Shown here: positions 10,629-23,134 of the stretch, piece by piece
How positions within the stretch are numbered: position 1 is the first letter of the stretch
How the letters are laid out: every line of letters starts with the position of its first letter
Assembly (NCBI RefSeq): GCF_004010195.1
Contig: NC_057718.1
Location: 70,033,789-70,072,556, forward strand
From: Chiloscyllium plagiosum
Taxonomy: Eukaryota
Length of the DNA: 38,768 bases
Reading direction: 5' to 3'
The notes under the pieces: model-generated
The model's input: only the letters and a program-made list of their open reading frames with translations
What the model was told of the DNA's origin: nothing
The model's database searches: none
Program-made: the position numbers and the translations under genes

Positions 10629-12448
10629 GGCAGCATCAAAGGAGAAGGAGAATCAATGTTTCAGGCATAAGCCCTTCTTCAGGAATGAGGAGGGTGTGCC
10701 AAGCAGGCTAAGATAAAAGGTAGGGAGGAGGGACTTGGGGGAGGGACGTTGGGAATGCGATAGGTGGAAGGAGGTTAAGGTGAGGTGATAGGCCGGGAGA
10801 GGNNNNNNNNNNNNNNNNNNNNNNNNNNNNNNNNNNNNNNNNNNNNNNNNNNNNNNNNNNNNNNNNNNNNNNNNNNNNNNNNNNNNNNNNNNNNNNNNNN
10901 NNNNNNNNNNNNNNNNNNNNNNNNNNNNNNNNNNNNNNNNNNNNNNNNNNNNNNNNNNNNNNNNNNNNNNNNNNNNNNNNNNNNNNNNNNNNNNNNNNNN
11001 NNNNNNNNNNNNNNNNNNNNNNNNNNNNNNNNNNNNNNNNNNNNNNNNNNNNNNNNNNNNNNNNNNNNNNNNNNNNNNNNNNNNNNNNNNNNNNNNNNNN
11101 NNNNNNNNNNNNNNNNNNNNNNNNNNNNNNNNNNNNNNNNNNNNNNNNNNNNNNNNNNNNNNNNNNNNNNNNNNNNNNNNNNNNNNNNNNNNNNNNNNNN
11201 NNNNNNNNNNNNNNNNNNNNNNNNNNNNNNNNNNNNNNNNNNNNNNNNNNNNNNNNNNNNNNNNNNNNNNNNNNNNNNNNNNNNNNNNNNNNNNNNNNNN
11301 NNNNNNNNNNNNNNNNNNNNNNNNNNNNNNNNNNNNNNNNNNNNNNNNNNNNNNNNNNNNNNNNNNNNNNNNNNNNNNNNNNNNNNNNNNNNNNNNNNNN
11401 NNNNNNNNNNNNNNNNNNNNNNNNNNNNNNNNNNNNNNNNNNNNNNNNNNNNNNNNNNNNNNNNNNNNNNNNNNNNNNNNNNNNNNNNNNNNNNNNNNNN
11501 NNNNNNNNNNNNNNNGTTGCAGGGGAAGGTGCCGGGAGTGGAGGTTGGGTTGGTGGGGAGTGTGGACCTCACGAGGGAGTCACGGAGGGAGTGGTCTTTC
11601 CTGAACGCTGATAGGGGTGGGGAGGGAAATATATCCTTGGTGGTGGGGTCCGTTTGGAGGTAGCGGGAATGACGAAGGATGATCCGATGTATCTGGAGGT
11701 TGGTGGGGTGGTAGGTGAGGACTAGTGGGGTTCTGTCCTGGTGGCGATTGGAGGGGCGGGGTTCAAGGGCGGAGGAGTGGGAAGTGGAGGAGATGCAGTG
11801 AAGAGCATCGTCAACATCTGAGGGGAAATTGCAGTCTTTGAAGGAGGAGGTCATCTGGGTTGTTCGGTATTGGAATTGGTCCCCCTGGGAGCAGATGCGG
11901 CAAAGGTGAAGGAATTGGGAATATGGGATGGCGTTTTTACAGGGGGCAAGGTGGAAAGAGGTGTAATCTAGGTAGCTGTGGGAGTCAGTCGGTTTATAGT
12001 AAACGTCCGTGTTGAGTTGTCCGTCCGAGATAGAGATGGAAAGGTCTAGGAAGGGGAGGGAGGAGTCTGCGATGGTCCAGGTAAATTTGAGGTCGGGGTG
12101 GAAGGTGTTAGTAAAGTGGATGAACTGTTCAACCTCCTCGTGGGAGCACGAGGTAGCACCGATACAGTCATCAATGTAGCGGAGGAAAAGGTGAGGTGTG
12201 GTGCCAGTGTAGCTGCGGAAGATGTACTGTTCCACATATACAACGAAGAGGCAGGCATAGCTAGGGCTCATGCGGGTGCCCATGGTTACTCCTTTGGTTT
12301 GGAGGAAGTGGGAGGATTGGAAAAAGTTGTTAAGAGTGAGGACCAGTTCAGTCAGTCGAAGGAGGGTGTCAGTGGAAGGGTACTGGTTGGTTCGGTGGGA
12401 AAGGAAGAAGCGGAGCGTTTTGAGGCCTTCGTGATGTGGAATGGGGAG
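10629..12448 (-). mobile_element. Penelope-like element (RT, gap, 3' end with hammerhead motif)
   Basis: MGTRMSPSYACLF..RYIDD..LPFLDL..VYYKPTDSHSYL..KNAIPYSQF are PLE RT motifs; the 3' end carries CTGAAGA-AGGGCTTATGCCT-GAAA. Confidence 0.92.
10655..10686 (-). ncRNA. Minimal hammerhead ribozyme motif in the Penelope terminus
   Basis: CTGAAGA (10682-10676), short stem II, GAAAC (10662-10658); PLE-associated minimal hammerheads are established. Confidence 0.6.
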
Positions 12449-12454
12449 TTCGAT

Positions 12455-12639
12455 GGTCCTGCCCCACCGAACTCATTTCTGCATACCTTGACACAGTCCT
12501 GTCCCCCTTAGTCCAAGAACTCCCCACCTACGTTTGGGATACCACGCATGCCCTCCACCTCCGCCATGATTTTCGCTTCCCCGGCCCCCAACGCCTTATC
12601 TTCACCATGGATATCCAGTCCCTATACATCTCCATCCCC
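12455..12639 (+). mobile_element. Inverted 5' segment of the same Penelope RT
   Basis: SCPTELISAYLDTVLSPLVQELPTYVWDTTHAL..IFTMDIQSLYISIP is the segment directly preceding IPHHEG, which starts the minus-strand part. Confidence 0.88.
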
Positions 12640-13660
12640 TCAGAACAACCAGAAGGCCTGTTGGAAACCATAGCTTCTCCCCCTCCATCCAGTGTTGAGG
12701 AAACCTCAGAGTCCGAGATGGATGCAGCCTTGGTACCATTACCACCAGAAGAAGAGGAGGAAACGCTCCCAAGACACAATGATGCAAGAAATAGGCTACA
12801 ATCTGGTACATGCTGCCCGTGTCAGAGTCCGGATCAGAGGAACCGGACTTGGGGTGAAAACATCACAGGAAACAACATAAGCGAATGACCAGGCCTACAT
12901 CCCTGGACTACGAGGGGTGGCGCAGGGATGTGGTGATTGGAACAGGTTGACCTCATTGACTACCAGATCGTTGATTCAGGTTGTTAACCTGGTTCAATCA
13001 AGAGAGCTCAATCATGTCAGCCCATTGGCTGACCAATGTAACCAGAGATTAGAATTTCCTCAGTTGTGGACTGACTATAAGCTGGCAGCCACAGCCAGTG
13101 TGTTATTGTTGTTTTTTGGTAACTGATTCCTGAACTGGCTGGCCACACAGCCAGTTTGATACTGTAATTCTTTTTTGTGGACTGATTTCTGAGCTGGCTG
13201 ATCTACATAGGCAGTGTATTCTGTTACTTTTTAGTTTTCATTATGGAACTGTTGTTTTGTTCTTTCATTGGCTGTTTGCAGTCTGTGTGTTACCCTCTCT
13301 GTTTTTTGCACAAGGACTATGCTGATTTCGTGGCAGGGCTTGGCTCCTGCATTATAGATTTTAGTATTTGCACTTTCTTTTTGCATGTGTTTTCATGTTT
13401 TTGTGTTTGGATTGAGCATCTGTGAGTCAACTGCACCTTTACAAATAAACTCTATCTCTGTGAGTGGGCCTGGGCCCCCTGGATGAACCCGGCCTCTGTA
13501 GAGACTGAGCCCCTGTGTGTGCTGCCTTGGGGTGTGGACTCAGCTTTTTTTGATGGTCAGTTTTATCACCTGCATTGTGTCTTGTGCGTCCCTGGGTCTG
13601 GTAGGCCTTACTGTGAGCCAGAAGGTTTTAGGTCATCCCAAAAGCTGTCACACAGAGTTT

Positions 13661-13860
13661 GATAGTAGGTAGGCCGTCCCAGGAACCGGATGGTCAGTAC
13701 GTCACCCCTGAAAGCCTGAAGTTGGGGAGGCCAACTCGATACTGGCTGACCTGAGAGTCGGATGGTGAGTAGGCTGTCCCATGAACTGGATGGTCAGTAG
13801 GCTGCCCCAAGAGCCTGAAGGTGGGGAGGCCATCCTGAGTGCCATTGTCCCAGGGCACTC
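13661..13860 (+). repeat. Diverged ~100-bp dimer built from GGATGGTCAGTAGGCTG subunits
   Basis: 13661 and 13761 align (GAT.GT..GTAGGC.GTCCCA.GAAC.GGATGGTCAGTA..GCCTGAAG.TGGGGAGGCCA). Confidence 0.7.
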
Positions 13861-15820
13861 AGGATGGGCTATCCGAGAGGTGATCAGAAGGTGTGTTAAG
13901 ATGGACTAAGCTAGATGGGCCATGGGGTGGACTGAGAGCTGGAAGGGGCATTGGGGCAGGCTGCCTTTGAGTGGCTGGAAGGTGGGAGGGGTAGGTCACT
14001 TGCTGGTTTACTGGGGTGTCTGTGTAATATGTACTGTTTTATTCAGTTGATCGGACTGTTTTGCATGTGTTTGTGTCTACTGTTTCCTCTTTGGTAAGTC
14101 AAGGTGGGATTTGGGATTCGTCCACACTTCCCTGTGAATTAGCTATACTTTGGTGTTTGGCTTTACCACCCCCTTTCCCCTGCAAATTGCTGCTTATTAT
14201 AAATGGCTGCTTATTGTTCATTGTTGACTGTTTGTTTGTGTTTTTTTTGTACAGTTGAATTTTTTAAAAAAACCCAGGAGATTAGAATCTCCTCAGTTGA
14301 GGATTAACCTTGAGCTAACTGGCCACAACCAGTGTGTTGTTGTTCTGTTTTGAGGACTGATTTCTAAGCTGGTTCACCATACAGTCAGTGTACACTGTTC
14401 TTTGTTTTCGTTGGGGAACTGTTGTTTTTTTAATTCACTTGCTGGTTGCAGTCTGTGTTACACTTTTTGTTTGCTTTTTTTTGAGCAAGGTCAATGGTGA
14501 TATTGTGGCAGGGTGTGGCCCTTGCACTGTGGTTTTTAGTATTTGCACTTTAGTTTTGCAAAAAAAAAATAACCAGGAGATTAGAATTTCCTCAGTTCGG
14601 GTGACTGACTCCAAGCTGGCTTGGCCACAGCCAGTGTCCTTTGCACATGTAAATAAAGGTTAACTCAGTGACAGGATACCAGCCTCTATGCAGTTATTTC
14701 AGAAACCAAAAACTACTGGAGAATACTGAAACTTGCTGTAATGTATAAAGAGAACAGAACAGTACCCCAGCTGAGATGTAGATGATTGAGTCCAGTCACA
14801 AGCAGACTGATAAGGACAAAAGCTGGAACCTTAAGCTGTGAATAGGCAAAGATATGGTTGCTGTTTCCATTATTTAAAGATAATGGAAGGTCATCTAGAG
14901 CAACATAGGCAGAGTGGAGCAGGCCCTGTGGGTGTGTGATATTTTTGATGCTGATTGCATGCTTCTATTAGCTGGGAATAAGGCTGTATCCTCTAAGAGA
15001 AGCTGAAATTCTTTGAGGAACTATGAAGGACTTCATGACTGTAAAAAAACAATATAACCAGGAGATTAGAATTTCCTCCGTTCAGGTGAGTGATTGAGTT
15101 GGCCTGTGCACATGTAAATAAAAAGTGACTTGGTGATGCAGTTCTTTCAATCATGTTTGGTAAAGTAGAAAGTTGAATGTTAATGCCTCAACTCACTTCA
15201 TTAATAAGGCATTTAACAAGTAATAATCCCACTTAATTATCAACTTGCTGCTGCCTGGTGAAAATCTTACCATGCCACTTGGGAAAAGCATAAAAGATGG
15301 AGCGAAATGTTCCCAGTGTTGAGAGGGGCCTCACTGGACTCATCTGATTCTGCCATAAATCTCATTATAGCCAACATCACTTAGAACCTTGAGATTCCAT
15401 CCAAAATGTTAGTTGTAAAAGTTTAAGCTATCTGCAGCCTTGTTCTCTCCTCTGTTTATTTCAAACACTGTTCTTGATGACATTGTTCTACTGCCTCCTC
15501 AATTCAAACTGTCTACCTTTCACTTCATCTTGGCCAAAATGACATTCCACCCTTTCATTTATTTTCCTCTCCTTCACTTTGTTCCTTTTGCACTCACTCT
15601 CATTTCCTTTCTCATATCTCTATTATTGCTTCTGTTCCCCTTTTCTTTCTCCTCCATCTGCACCCACTACCAGCATTCCTTTGAGTTGATTCCTCAAATC
15701 TGATTGTGATATCACCTATTAAATGTTACAAAGTAGGTAGGTCACACACTTCAAACAATCTTTTTTTATTGTACTGGAGGTAAATGCTAAATTAACTTCA
15801 GTACTTTGAGGTAAGCTTTT

Positions 15821-16235
15821 GAGTCATAGGATGTACAGCATGGAAACAGACCCTTCAGTCCAAGTCATCCATGCTGACCATATATCCTCAATAAATCTGG
15901 TCCCATTTGCCAGCACTTGGCCCATATCCCTCTAAACCCCTCCTTTTCATGGACCCATCCAAATGCCTTTTAAATATTGTAATTATACCAGCCTCCACCA
16001 TTTTGTCTGGCAGCTCATTTCATACATGTGAAAAAGTTGCCCCCAGGTCCTTTTTAAATTTCCCTCCCTCACCCTAAACTTGTGCCCTCTAGTTCTGAAC
16101 TGCCCTCAAACCAAGGAAAATATCTTGTCGATTTACTCTATCCATGCCCCTCATGATTTTATAAACCTATATAAGGTCACTCGTCAACCTCTGATGCTCC
16201 AAAACATTCCTAGCCTATTCAGCCTCTCCTTATAG
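15821..16235 (-). mobile_element. HER1/CR1 LINE 3' end
   Basis: Same tail and body as 3441-3748 (GAGTCATAG..GTACAGCATGGAAACAGACCCTTC). Confidence 0.9.
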
Positions 16236-16250
16236 TAAGGAGAAAAATAC

Positions 16251-16333
16251 CAGGTTCTGACTGTCATCAAGGAATCTGTCTTTAAAGTGTACGTGTAACG
16301 ATTGGATCCAGGTTTGGCCTCAACTGCGATAAC
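16251..16333 (-). CDS. Candidate 83-nt internal coding exon of an unidentified host gene
   Basis: ttttgtag acceptor, gtattt donor; only one frame open (VIAVEAKPGSNRYTYTLKTDSLMTVRT); retains CpGs. Protein not recognised. Confidence 0.3.
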
Positions 16334-17664
16334 CTACAAAATGTTGCAGCTAGTACTACTTATACACTGAAACACTATGGCTTATGGGGGGTGGGATGGT
16401 GGTGTTAGCGGTGGGGTGACTGATAATCTTGGAGCTGTATCCAAATAAAAAACAAAACAGGCAGGCAGGGCTTAGCGGGTTAAGCAGCATCTGAGGTCCA
16501 GTTGGTCTTTGGTTTGTTTTTCCTTACAGGTGATGCCTGACCTGGTGTGCATTTCCAAATTTCCACCATCCATTATATTTTGCTTTTGTATAGAACAACA
16601 TCCCACAGTTTTGGGTTGGAGAGAAAACAGAACACTTTGCTGAGTGATGGAATTTATCTTCTAATTAATCATCAGAAGAGCTGATAGATGCCTCCATTCT
16701 TTTAGCACAGTAATAAAGGGATCACAGGCAACAAATGCATCAATTAGTCTCTGCCTCCCCCATATAGATGGTTAATGGCTATCATTATTTACTTTCCAGT
16801 ATGTTCCATATTCCATCCATTACAGAATGGAATTTGGTATAAGAGAAAATGCAAAATAAGCTCCAAACCACTAATGAATGATCTGTAGGCTGCCAGAAAC
16901 AGATTACTCTTCTGAGACTCCACTGCAGCATGTAAATTCAACCACTAAAATTTCCCTGATTGCAGTTGGCCGGACAAAGAACTATCCGCAGGCCCAGAGC
17001 TCAAGATAATTTGGCATGAAGTTAACTGTTGATAATAGCACTCTGTGACCTACTGAGTAAATAAGAAAATGTGTTTATATTCTCTATTTTTACATAAGTT
17101 ATTTTATTAACTTTGTGTTGTCAAATCAGTTGCAATGATAAATTCTGGGAAATCTGGTTGACAAAATCTGCTCTTCATATGGATGTAAGAAATCCATGAC
17201 ATCTTGAAGAGATAATTCATAGGGGAGAGCAGGAGAATTCACCTTGGGGCTCAGACTGTCTTGTCAGTAGTGAAGTGGTTATGTTCACTGTTACACATTC
17301 ACTGTTTTAGGATTTTTAATATTTTGAAACAGTAACAAAACATTTTTGAAACTATTATAAACCTCTAAATTGTTTAATACCTTTGTAAATTTTAGTAAGA
17401 CTCTGACCTCTGAACATTGGTACAGAGCAGGATTGCGTCAATGCTCCACGTCCAGGCCTTCAGGCCTCCTCTTGCACATCCACACACTTTTATCACAACT
17501 CCTCTTTCCCCTTGCTCTTCCTATCCCCATCTGGGTTCATCTTTCCTCACACTTGTTCTCCTCTAGCACTCTCCCAGCAGGTTGCCTACCCAGTGTCCCC
17601 TTGTAACTCCTCAGGCACCTCTCACCTCCCAGTTCTCCAACTCCTCTTCCCATTTCACCAAAAC

Positions 17665-19185
17665 ATCCCAGCTGAGCCAGATAGACTGGAGCCAAACATT
17701 GTCAGGAAAGACAGGAACTGAACAATGGGCTACCTTCAACAAGATGTGGTTTGGATACAGTCAAGATAAATATCCCCTTGAAAGGAAAACATAACAAACA
17801 GATCCAGAGTTTCCTGGATAAGAAAGGAGATAGAAATTAAGGTAAAGAAGAAAAAGTGTGCTCATGACAGGTAAAAATACAATCGAGAACCGAGCTGAAT
17901 ACAAAATGTTCACAAAGGAAGTAAAGGGACAAAGAAGAAAACAAAGTCTGGTAGATAACAAGAAAAAAACATGGAATCCCAAAGTCTTCTGCATGCACAT
18001 AAATAGTGAGAACGTGATAGAAGGATAAAGAGGGCCAATTAGGAATAAACAAGGAGATTTATACATAGAGATAAGGGGCATGGCTGAGGTATTAAATTAA
18101 TATTTTACATATGTCTTCACCAAGGCAGCAGATGTTACCCAGGCAATTGTAATAGAGGAGGAAACTAATTCATGAAGAATTCAAAACTAGTAAGGAGGTG
18201 GTACTGGATAAATTGTTTGTACTTAAAGTTGACTAGTACCAAATAAGATACATCCAAAGATATTGAAGGAAGTGAAGGTGAAAATTGGGGAGGTACTAGC
18301 CATAACCTTTCAGTCTTGGCTGACCAAAGGGGTGATTCCAGAGGCATTGAAAACTGCAATTATTACATTCTTGGCAGTGGGAAAACTTCCAGAAATGGTA
18401 ATTCAGAATACAATTAATAGTCAAATGGACCAATATGGGAGAGGCAGCCTGGATTTCAGAAGGGAAAACCATACTTGACAAATTAGGCAGCATTATTTGA
18501 AGATGTAACAGAGGGTTGATTAGCGTAATTCTTTGTAAAAACTCTTGGATACAATGCCTCACAACAGGCTTGCATGAAACATTGCTACTGTATGTTCAAT
18601 GAATGCAATGTGGACAAAAAAATTGACTAAGTGATAGGAAACAGAGGGTAATGATTAATTTTCAGGCTGGAAGGGGGTTTGTAGTGGGTTTCTCCAGGGG
18701 TCAGCATTGGGATTCTGACTTTTTCTGATTTATAGTAATGATCTAATGTCAATGCACAGGGAACAATTTCAAAATTTGTGGACAATACAAAACTTGCAGC
18801 AGCATAAATTGTGAGAAAGACCATGCAGAACATCTAAAGGATAATGACCAGTTGTAATGGGTGACATGTGGCAGATAATATTCAATGTGGATAAGTGAGG
18901 TGATACGTTTTGCTGGAAAGAACGTGGGGAAACAATATAAATTAAAAGGCACTACTCTAAAGGATATGCGGGTGCAAAGTGACCAGGGTGTCTACTTGCA
19001 TGGTTCATTAAAGGGGGCAAGACAGCTGAACAGTATGGTTAATGAAGCATACATTATCCTTGGATTTAGAAGTCGTTGCTGAGAGTGCAAGAGCAGGGAG
19101 GTTAAACTGAATATGTAGATGCCTAGTTAGATCTCAGCTGTATTGTATACAGTTCTGAGAGCACATATTAAAACATGTGTATATA
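17665..19185 (+). mobile_element. Old CR1 LINE ORF2, left part
   Basis: Decayed pieces: NPKVFCMHINS, SKFVDNTKL, DQGVYLHGSLK, EAYIILGF. Confidence 0.8.
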
Positions 19186-19187
19186 AT

Positions 19188-21203
19188 GAACATAGAAAAA
19201 TATAGCGCAGTACAGGCCCTTTGGCCCTCTGTTGTGCCAATCCAAGCCCACCTAACCGACACTAGCCCACTATCCTCCATATGCCTATCCAATGCCTGCT
19301 TAAATGCCCATAAAGAGGGAGAGTCCACCACTGCTACTGGCAGGGCATTCCATGAACTCATGACTCGCTGAGTAAAGAACCTACCCCTAACATCTGTCCT
19401 ATACCTACCACCCCTTAATTTAAAGCTATGCCCCCGAATAGCTGACTCCATACGTGGAAAAAGATTCTCACTGTCGACCCTATCTAAACCCCTAATCATC
19501 TTATACACCTCAATCAAGTCACCCCTAAACCTTCTTTACACCATTGAAAACAACCCCAAGTGCCTCAGCCTGTCCTCATANNNNNNNNNNNNNNNNNNNN
19601 NNNNNNNNNNNNNNNNNNNNNNNNNNNNNNNNNNNNNNNNNNNNNNNNNNNNNNNNNNNNNNNNNNNNNNNNNNNNNNNNNNNNNNNNNNNNNNNNNNNN
19701 NNNNNNNNNNNNNNNNNNNNNNNNNNNNNNNNNNNNNNNNNNNNNNNNNNNNNNNNNNNNNNNNNNNNNNNNNNNNNNNNNNNNNNNNNNNNNNNNNNNN
19801 NNNNNNNNNNNNNNNNNNNNNNNNNNNNNNNNNNNNNNNNNNNNNNNNNNNNNNNNNNNNNNNNNNNNNNNNNNNNNNNNNNNNNNNNNNNNNNNNNNNN
19901 NNNNNNNNNNNNNNNNNNNNNNNNNNNNNNNNNNNNNNNNNNNNNNNNNNNNNNNNNNNNNNNNNNNNNNNNNNNNNNNNNNNNNNNNNNNNNNNNNNNN
20001 NNNNNNNNNNNNNNNNNNNNNNNNNNNNNNNNNNNNNNNNNNNNNNNNNNNNNNNNNNNNNNNNNNNNNNNNNNNNNNNNNNNNNNNNNNNNNNNNNNNN
20101 NNNNNNNNNNNNNNNNNNNNNNNNNNNNNNNNNNNNNNNNNNNNNNNNNNNNNNNNNNNNNNNNNNNNNNNNNNNNNNNNNNNNNNNNNNNNNNNNNNNN
20201 NNNNNNNNNNNNNNNNNNNNNNNNNNNNNNNNNNNNNNNNNNNNNNNNNNNNNNNNNNNNNNNNNNNNNNNNNNNNNNNNNNNNNNNNNNNNNNNNNNNN
20301 NNNNNNNNNNNNNNNNNNNNNNNNNNNNNNNNNTCCTGTAGACAACGAGGATATAAAAATCAAGGCCAATGGCTCTGCAATCTCCTCCCTTGCTTCCCCG
20401 AGAATCCTAGGATAAATGCCATCAGGCCCAGGGGACTTATCTATTTTCACTCTTTCCAGAATTTCCAACACCTCTTCCCTACATACCTCAAAGCTGTCCA
20501 TTCTAATTAATTGTAACTCAGTATTAACATTGGCAACAATGTCCTGTTCCTGAGTGAATACTGACGAAAAGTATTCATTCAGTGTCTCCCCAATCTCTTC
20601 AGCCTCCACACGCAACTTTCCATTACTAACCTTGACTGGACCTATTCCTACCCTAGTCATTCTTTTATTCCTGACATGCCTGCAGAAAGCCTTAGGGTTT
20701 TCCCTAATCCTACCAACTAAGGACTTTTCATGTCCCCTCCTTGCTGCTCTTAGCTCTCTCTTCAGATCCTTCCTGGCTACCTTATAACTCTCCATCGCCC
20801 CAATTGAACCTTCACGCCTCATCTTTGGGCCGCCCTCTTCCCTTTAACAAGGGATACCACTTCCTTATTAAACCACGACCCTTTCCTCCCTGCCTGACAG
20901 GTACATACTTATCAAGGACACTCAATAGTTGCTCCTTGAACAAGTTCCACATATCAATTGCGCCCTTCCCTTGAAGCCTACTTTTCCAAACCACGCATCC
21001 TAAGTTGTGCCTCACCGCATCATTATTTCCCTGCCCCCAGTATAACTCTTGCCCTGCAGTGCACACTTATCCCTCTCCATCACTAGAGTAAAAGTCACCG
21101 AATTGTGGTTACTGTCCCCAAAGTGCTCACCTACCTCCAATTCTAACACCTGGCCTGGTTCGTTACCCAGAACCAAATCCAGTATGGCCTCACCTCTTGT
21201 TGG
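19188..21203 (-). mobile_element. Younger CR1 LINE nested in the old one (contains gap)
   Basis: PTRGEAILDLVL..GDSNHN (APE), KSPGPDGIYPRIL, GHSFKL..WNALP; GAACATAG tail at 19188. Confidence 0.93.
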
Positions 21204-21625
21204 AGGTGAAGAAAGTGGAGTTTGCAAGAATGGATCCAGGAATGATAAACTTAAATTATGGAGATAGATTTGAGGAGTTTTCCTTGCAGACGAGAAGGCG
21301 ACGAGAAGGTTTGATTGAAGTTTTCAAAATCATGAGCAGTCTCGACACAGTAAACATTGAGAGACTGGTCTTGCTCATCAATCAAGAATGGGAGGGCACG
21401 GATTTAAAATGATTTACAAAAGAAGCAATTGTGACGTTAGTGTCTTTATGAAGAAAGTGGTTTGGTTCTGGAATGCACTGCCAGCAAAACATTCAAGAGG
21501 ACTGAAGTGGTTATTTAAATAGAAATAACATGCAGGTCGTGGAAAACAGGTTGGAGGATGGTACTTATTCATGATGCCAACTCAGAGCTGGTGCCAAATG
21601 GCCTTGTTCTCTATTATAACAATTC
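21204..21625 (+). mobile_element. Old CR1 LINE, right part (3' end)
   Basis: FARMDPGM..YGDRFE..LIEVFKIM, WNALP; continues the element interrupted at 19185. Confidence 0.8.
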
Positions 21626-22427
21626 AAAAAGAGAAAAGATCTGCATGCACAGTTGTGAGTTATTCAAATATATATGTTCACAGGAAAATTTACCCTTCAT
21701 TAATATGAGAATATGATAACTCTGCTCTGTTCCACTTTTGTACTTTTCTACACATGCATCAAATACAGTCTTTAAATCATGCACATCTCAGAATGGAATG
21801 TGTTGTAATTTGCCATTCCTTTGGTATCTGCTCTTTCTTCATGGAGTGTCATTCATGTAGTGTGTTGTTGCTATGTTAAATGTTATTGCTGATCAACTTC
21901 TGTTGCGGGGGAACAGAGGACTACTGGGACTGATGGTCATTCTATATTCTGTGCAGATGGTGAGAATGCTTCTTCCTGATCTGTTTATATACAGATGCCT
22001 GTAGTTGTAATGATAAATCTTGTCATTCACATTGACCATGTATGATCACGGTAACAACTTCAAGGGCTGACTTTTGCTGAGATAATTGAATGAATGTTTG
22101 CAGTCTGGCTGGCTTGTCATGCTTAGTTCTAACTATGCCTTGCAGTTTTATCAAAGTGAAATTTGGTGTTCTGCCATGTCATCTTGATTTTGCCACTCAC
22201 ACCTGTTATTACTTCTGGCTTCAGTATTGTTTTTATTATTAGAAGAGGATTCTTGGTGCAACATAACACTAGTCTTGAGAACAGACTACTTTCTTTGCCT
22301 TCATTGAAGTGTAGTTCTCTATTCAAGGACTGCAATGTATAAATCTATGCTGGTTTGTTTGACTTCTTGATGATAACTCTGGCAAATTTCATGTCGTCTC
22401 AGACCATGTGGAGATGTAAAACAAACA

Positions 22428-22525
22428 AAAACAGAAATTGCTGGAGAAACTCAGCAGGTCTGACAGCATCTGTGAAGTGAAAACAAAACGAACATTTTCT
22501 GTCCAGTGAGCTTTCTTCTGTTCTG
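22428..22525 (-). repeat. Penelope-type terminal repeat fragment
   Basis: GCTGGAGAAACTCAGCAGGTCTGACAGCATC is reverse-similar to GATGCTGCCTGACCTGCTG..TCCAGC at 23054. Confidence 0.55.
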
Positions 22526-22737
22526 AGTTAGCATTTCCAAACAAGTATTCATTAAAATGCCCACAAGTAAAGACAAGAGCCTACCTCTCAACATGAGGAT
22601 AATATTGTCCAATTTGTGTTCATGCCCTTGATGGAAATGCAACTTTTACTTGATGCATAAGGGATCGCTCAAAATCCTGTCTCATTGCAATCACAGCGCA
22701 AGGTGACTTCATCATTGATATGGAGATTAGCTCTAGG

Positions 22738-23131
22738 TAATCTTCTGCCTTGGGACCCTCCAATCATATGGCATCAACTTCGATTTCACCAGTTTCCTCA
22801 TTGCCCCTCCCCCACCTCATCCCAGATTCAACCCTCCAACTCACCACCACCCTGTTGAACTGTCCTATCTGTCAATCTTCCTTCCAACCTATCCACCCCA
22901 ACCTATCACCATCACATCTACCTTCATCTACCTATTGCCTTCCTAGCTACCTTTTACTCAGCCCCACCCTCCTATTTATCTCTCAGCCCCATTTATTCCC
23001 CCATATTCCTGATGAAGGGCTTATGGCTGAAATGTCGATTCTCCTGCTCCTCGGATGCTGCCTGACCTGCTGTTTTTCCAGCACCACACTTTCGACTCTG
23101 ATCTCCAGCATCTGCAGTCCTCATTTTCTCC
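22738..23131 (+). mobile_element. Penelope-like 3' end with hammerhead motif
   Basis: IFCLGTLQSYGINFDF (end of the endonuclease domain), pyrimidine-rich UTR, CTGATGA (23009)..GAAA (23029); homologous to 10629-10690. Confidence 0.8.
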
Positions 23132-23134
23132 CTG

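Larger units (their letters stand above)
6828..15149 (+). mobile_element. Decayed Gypsy (Mag/K02A2.6-like) LTR retrotransposon with expanded LTRs and nested insertions
   Basis: Homologous LTR starts TGTAGTGATTGG (6828) and TGTGGTGATTGG (12929, after a purine-rich PPT); LTR ends GCAGTTATTTCA (9409, 14701) and GCAGTTCTTTCA (15149); PBS-like GTGGCAACAGG at 9410; gag and protease remnants between. Confidence 0.75.

Noticed and set aside
10785..11663. Long ORFs across N gaps (also 19544-20510)
   Set aside because: Length is an artefact of unknown bases.
6921..15149. CRISPR-like repeat-spacer appearance of the TATAACCAGGAG units
   Set aside because: Eukaryotic context, irregular units of 200-1200 bp, degenerate repeats and no cas genes; better explained by retroposition.
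22196..22335. Possible minus-strand exon ending at GTGAGT
   Set aside because: Ambiguous acceptor and frame, unrecognised peptide, no consistent phase with other candidates.
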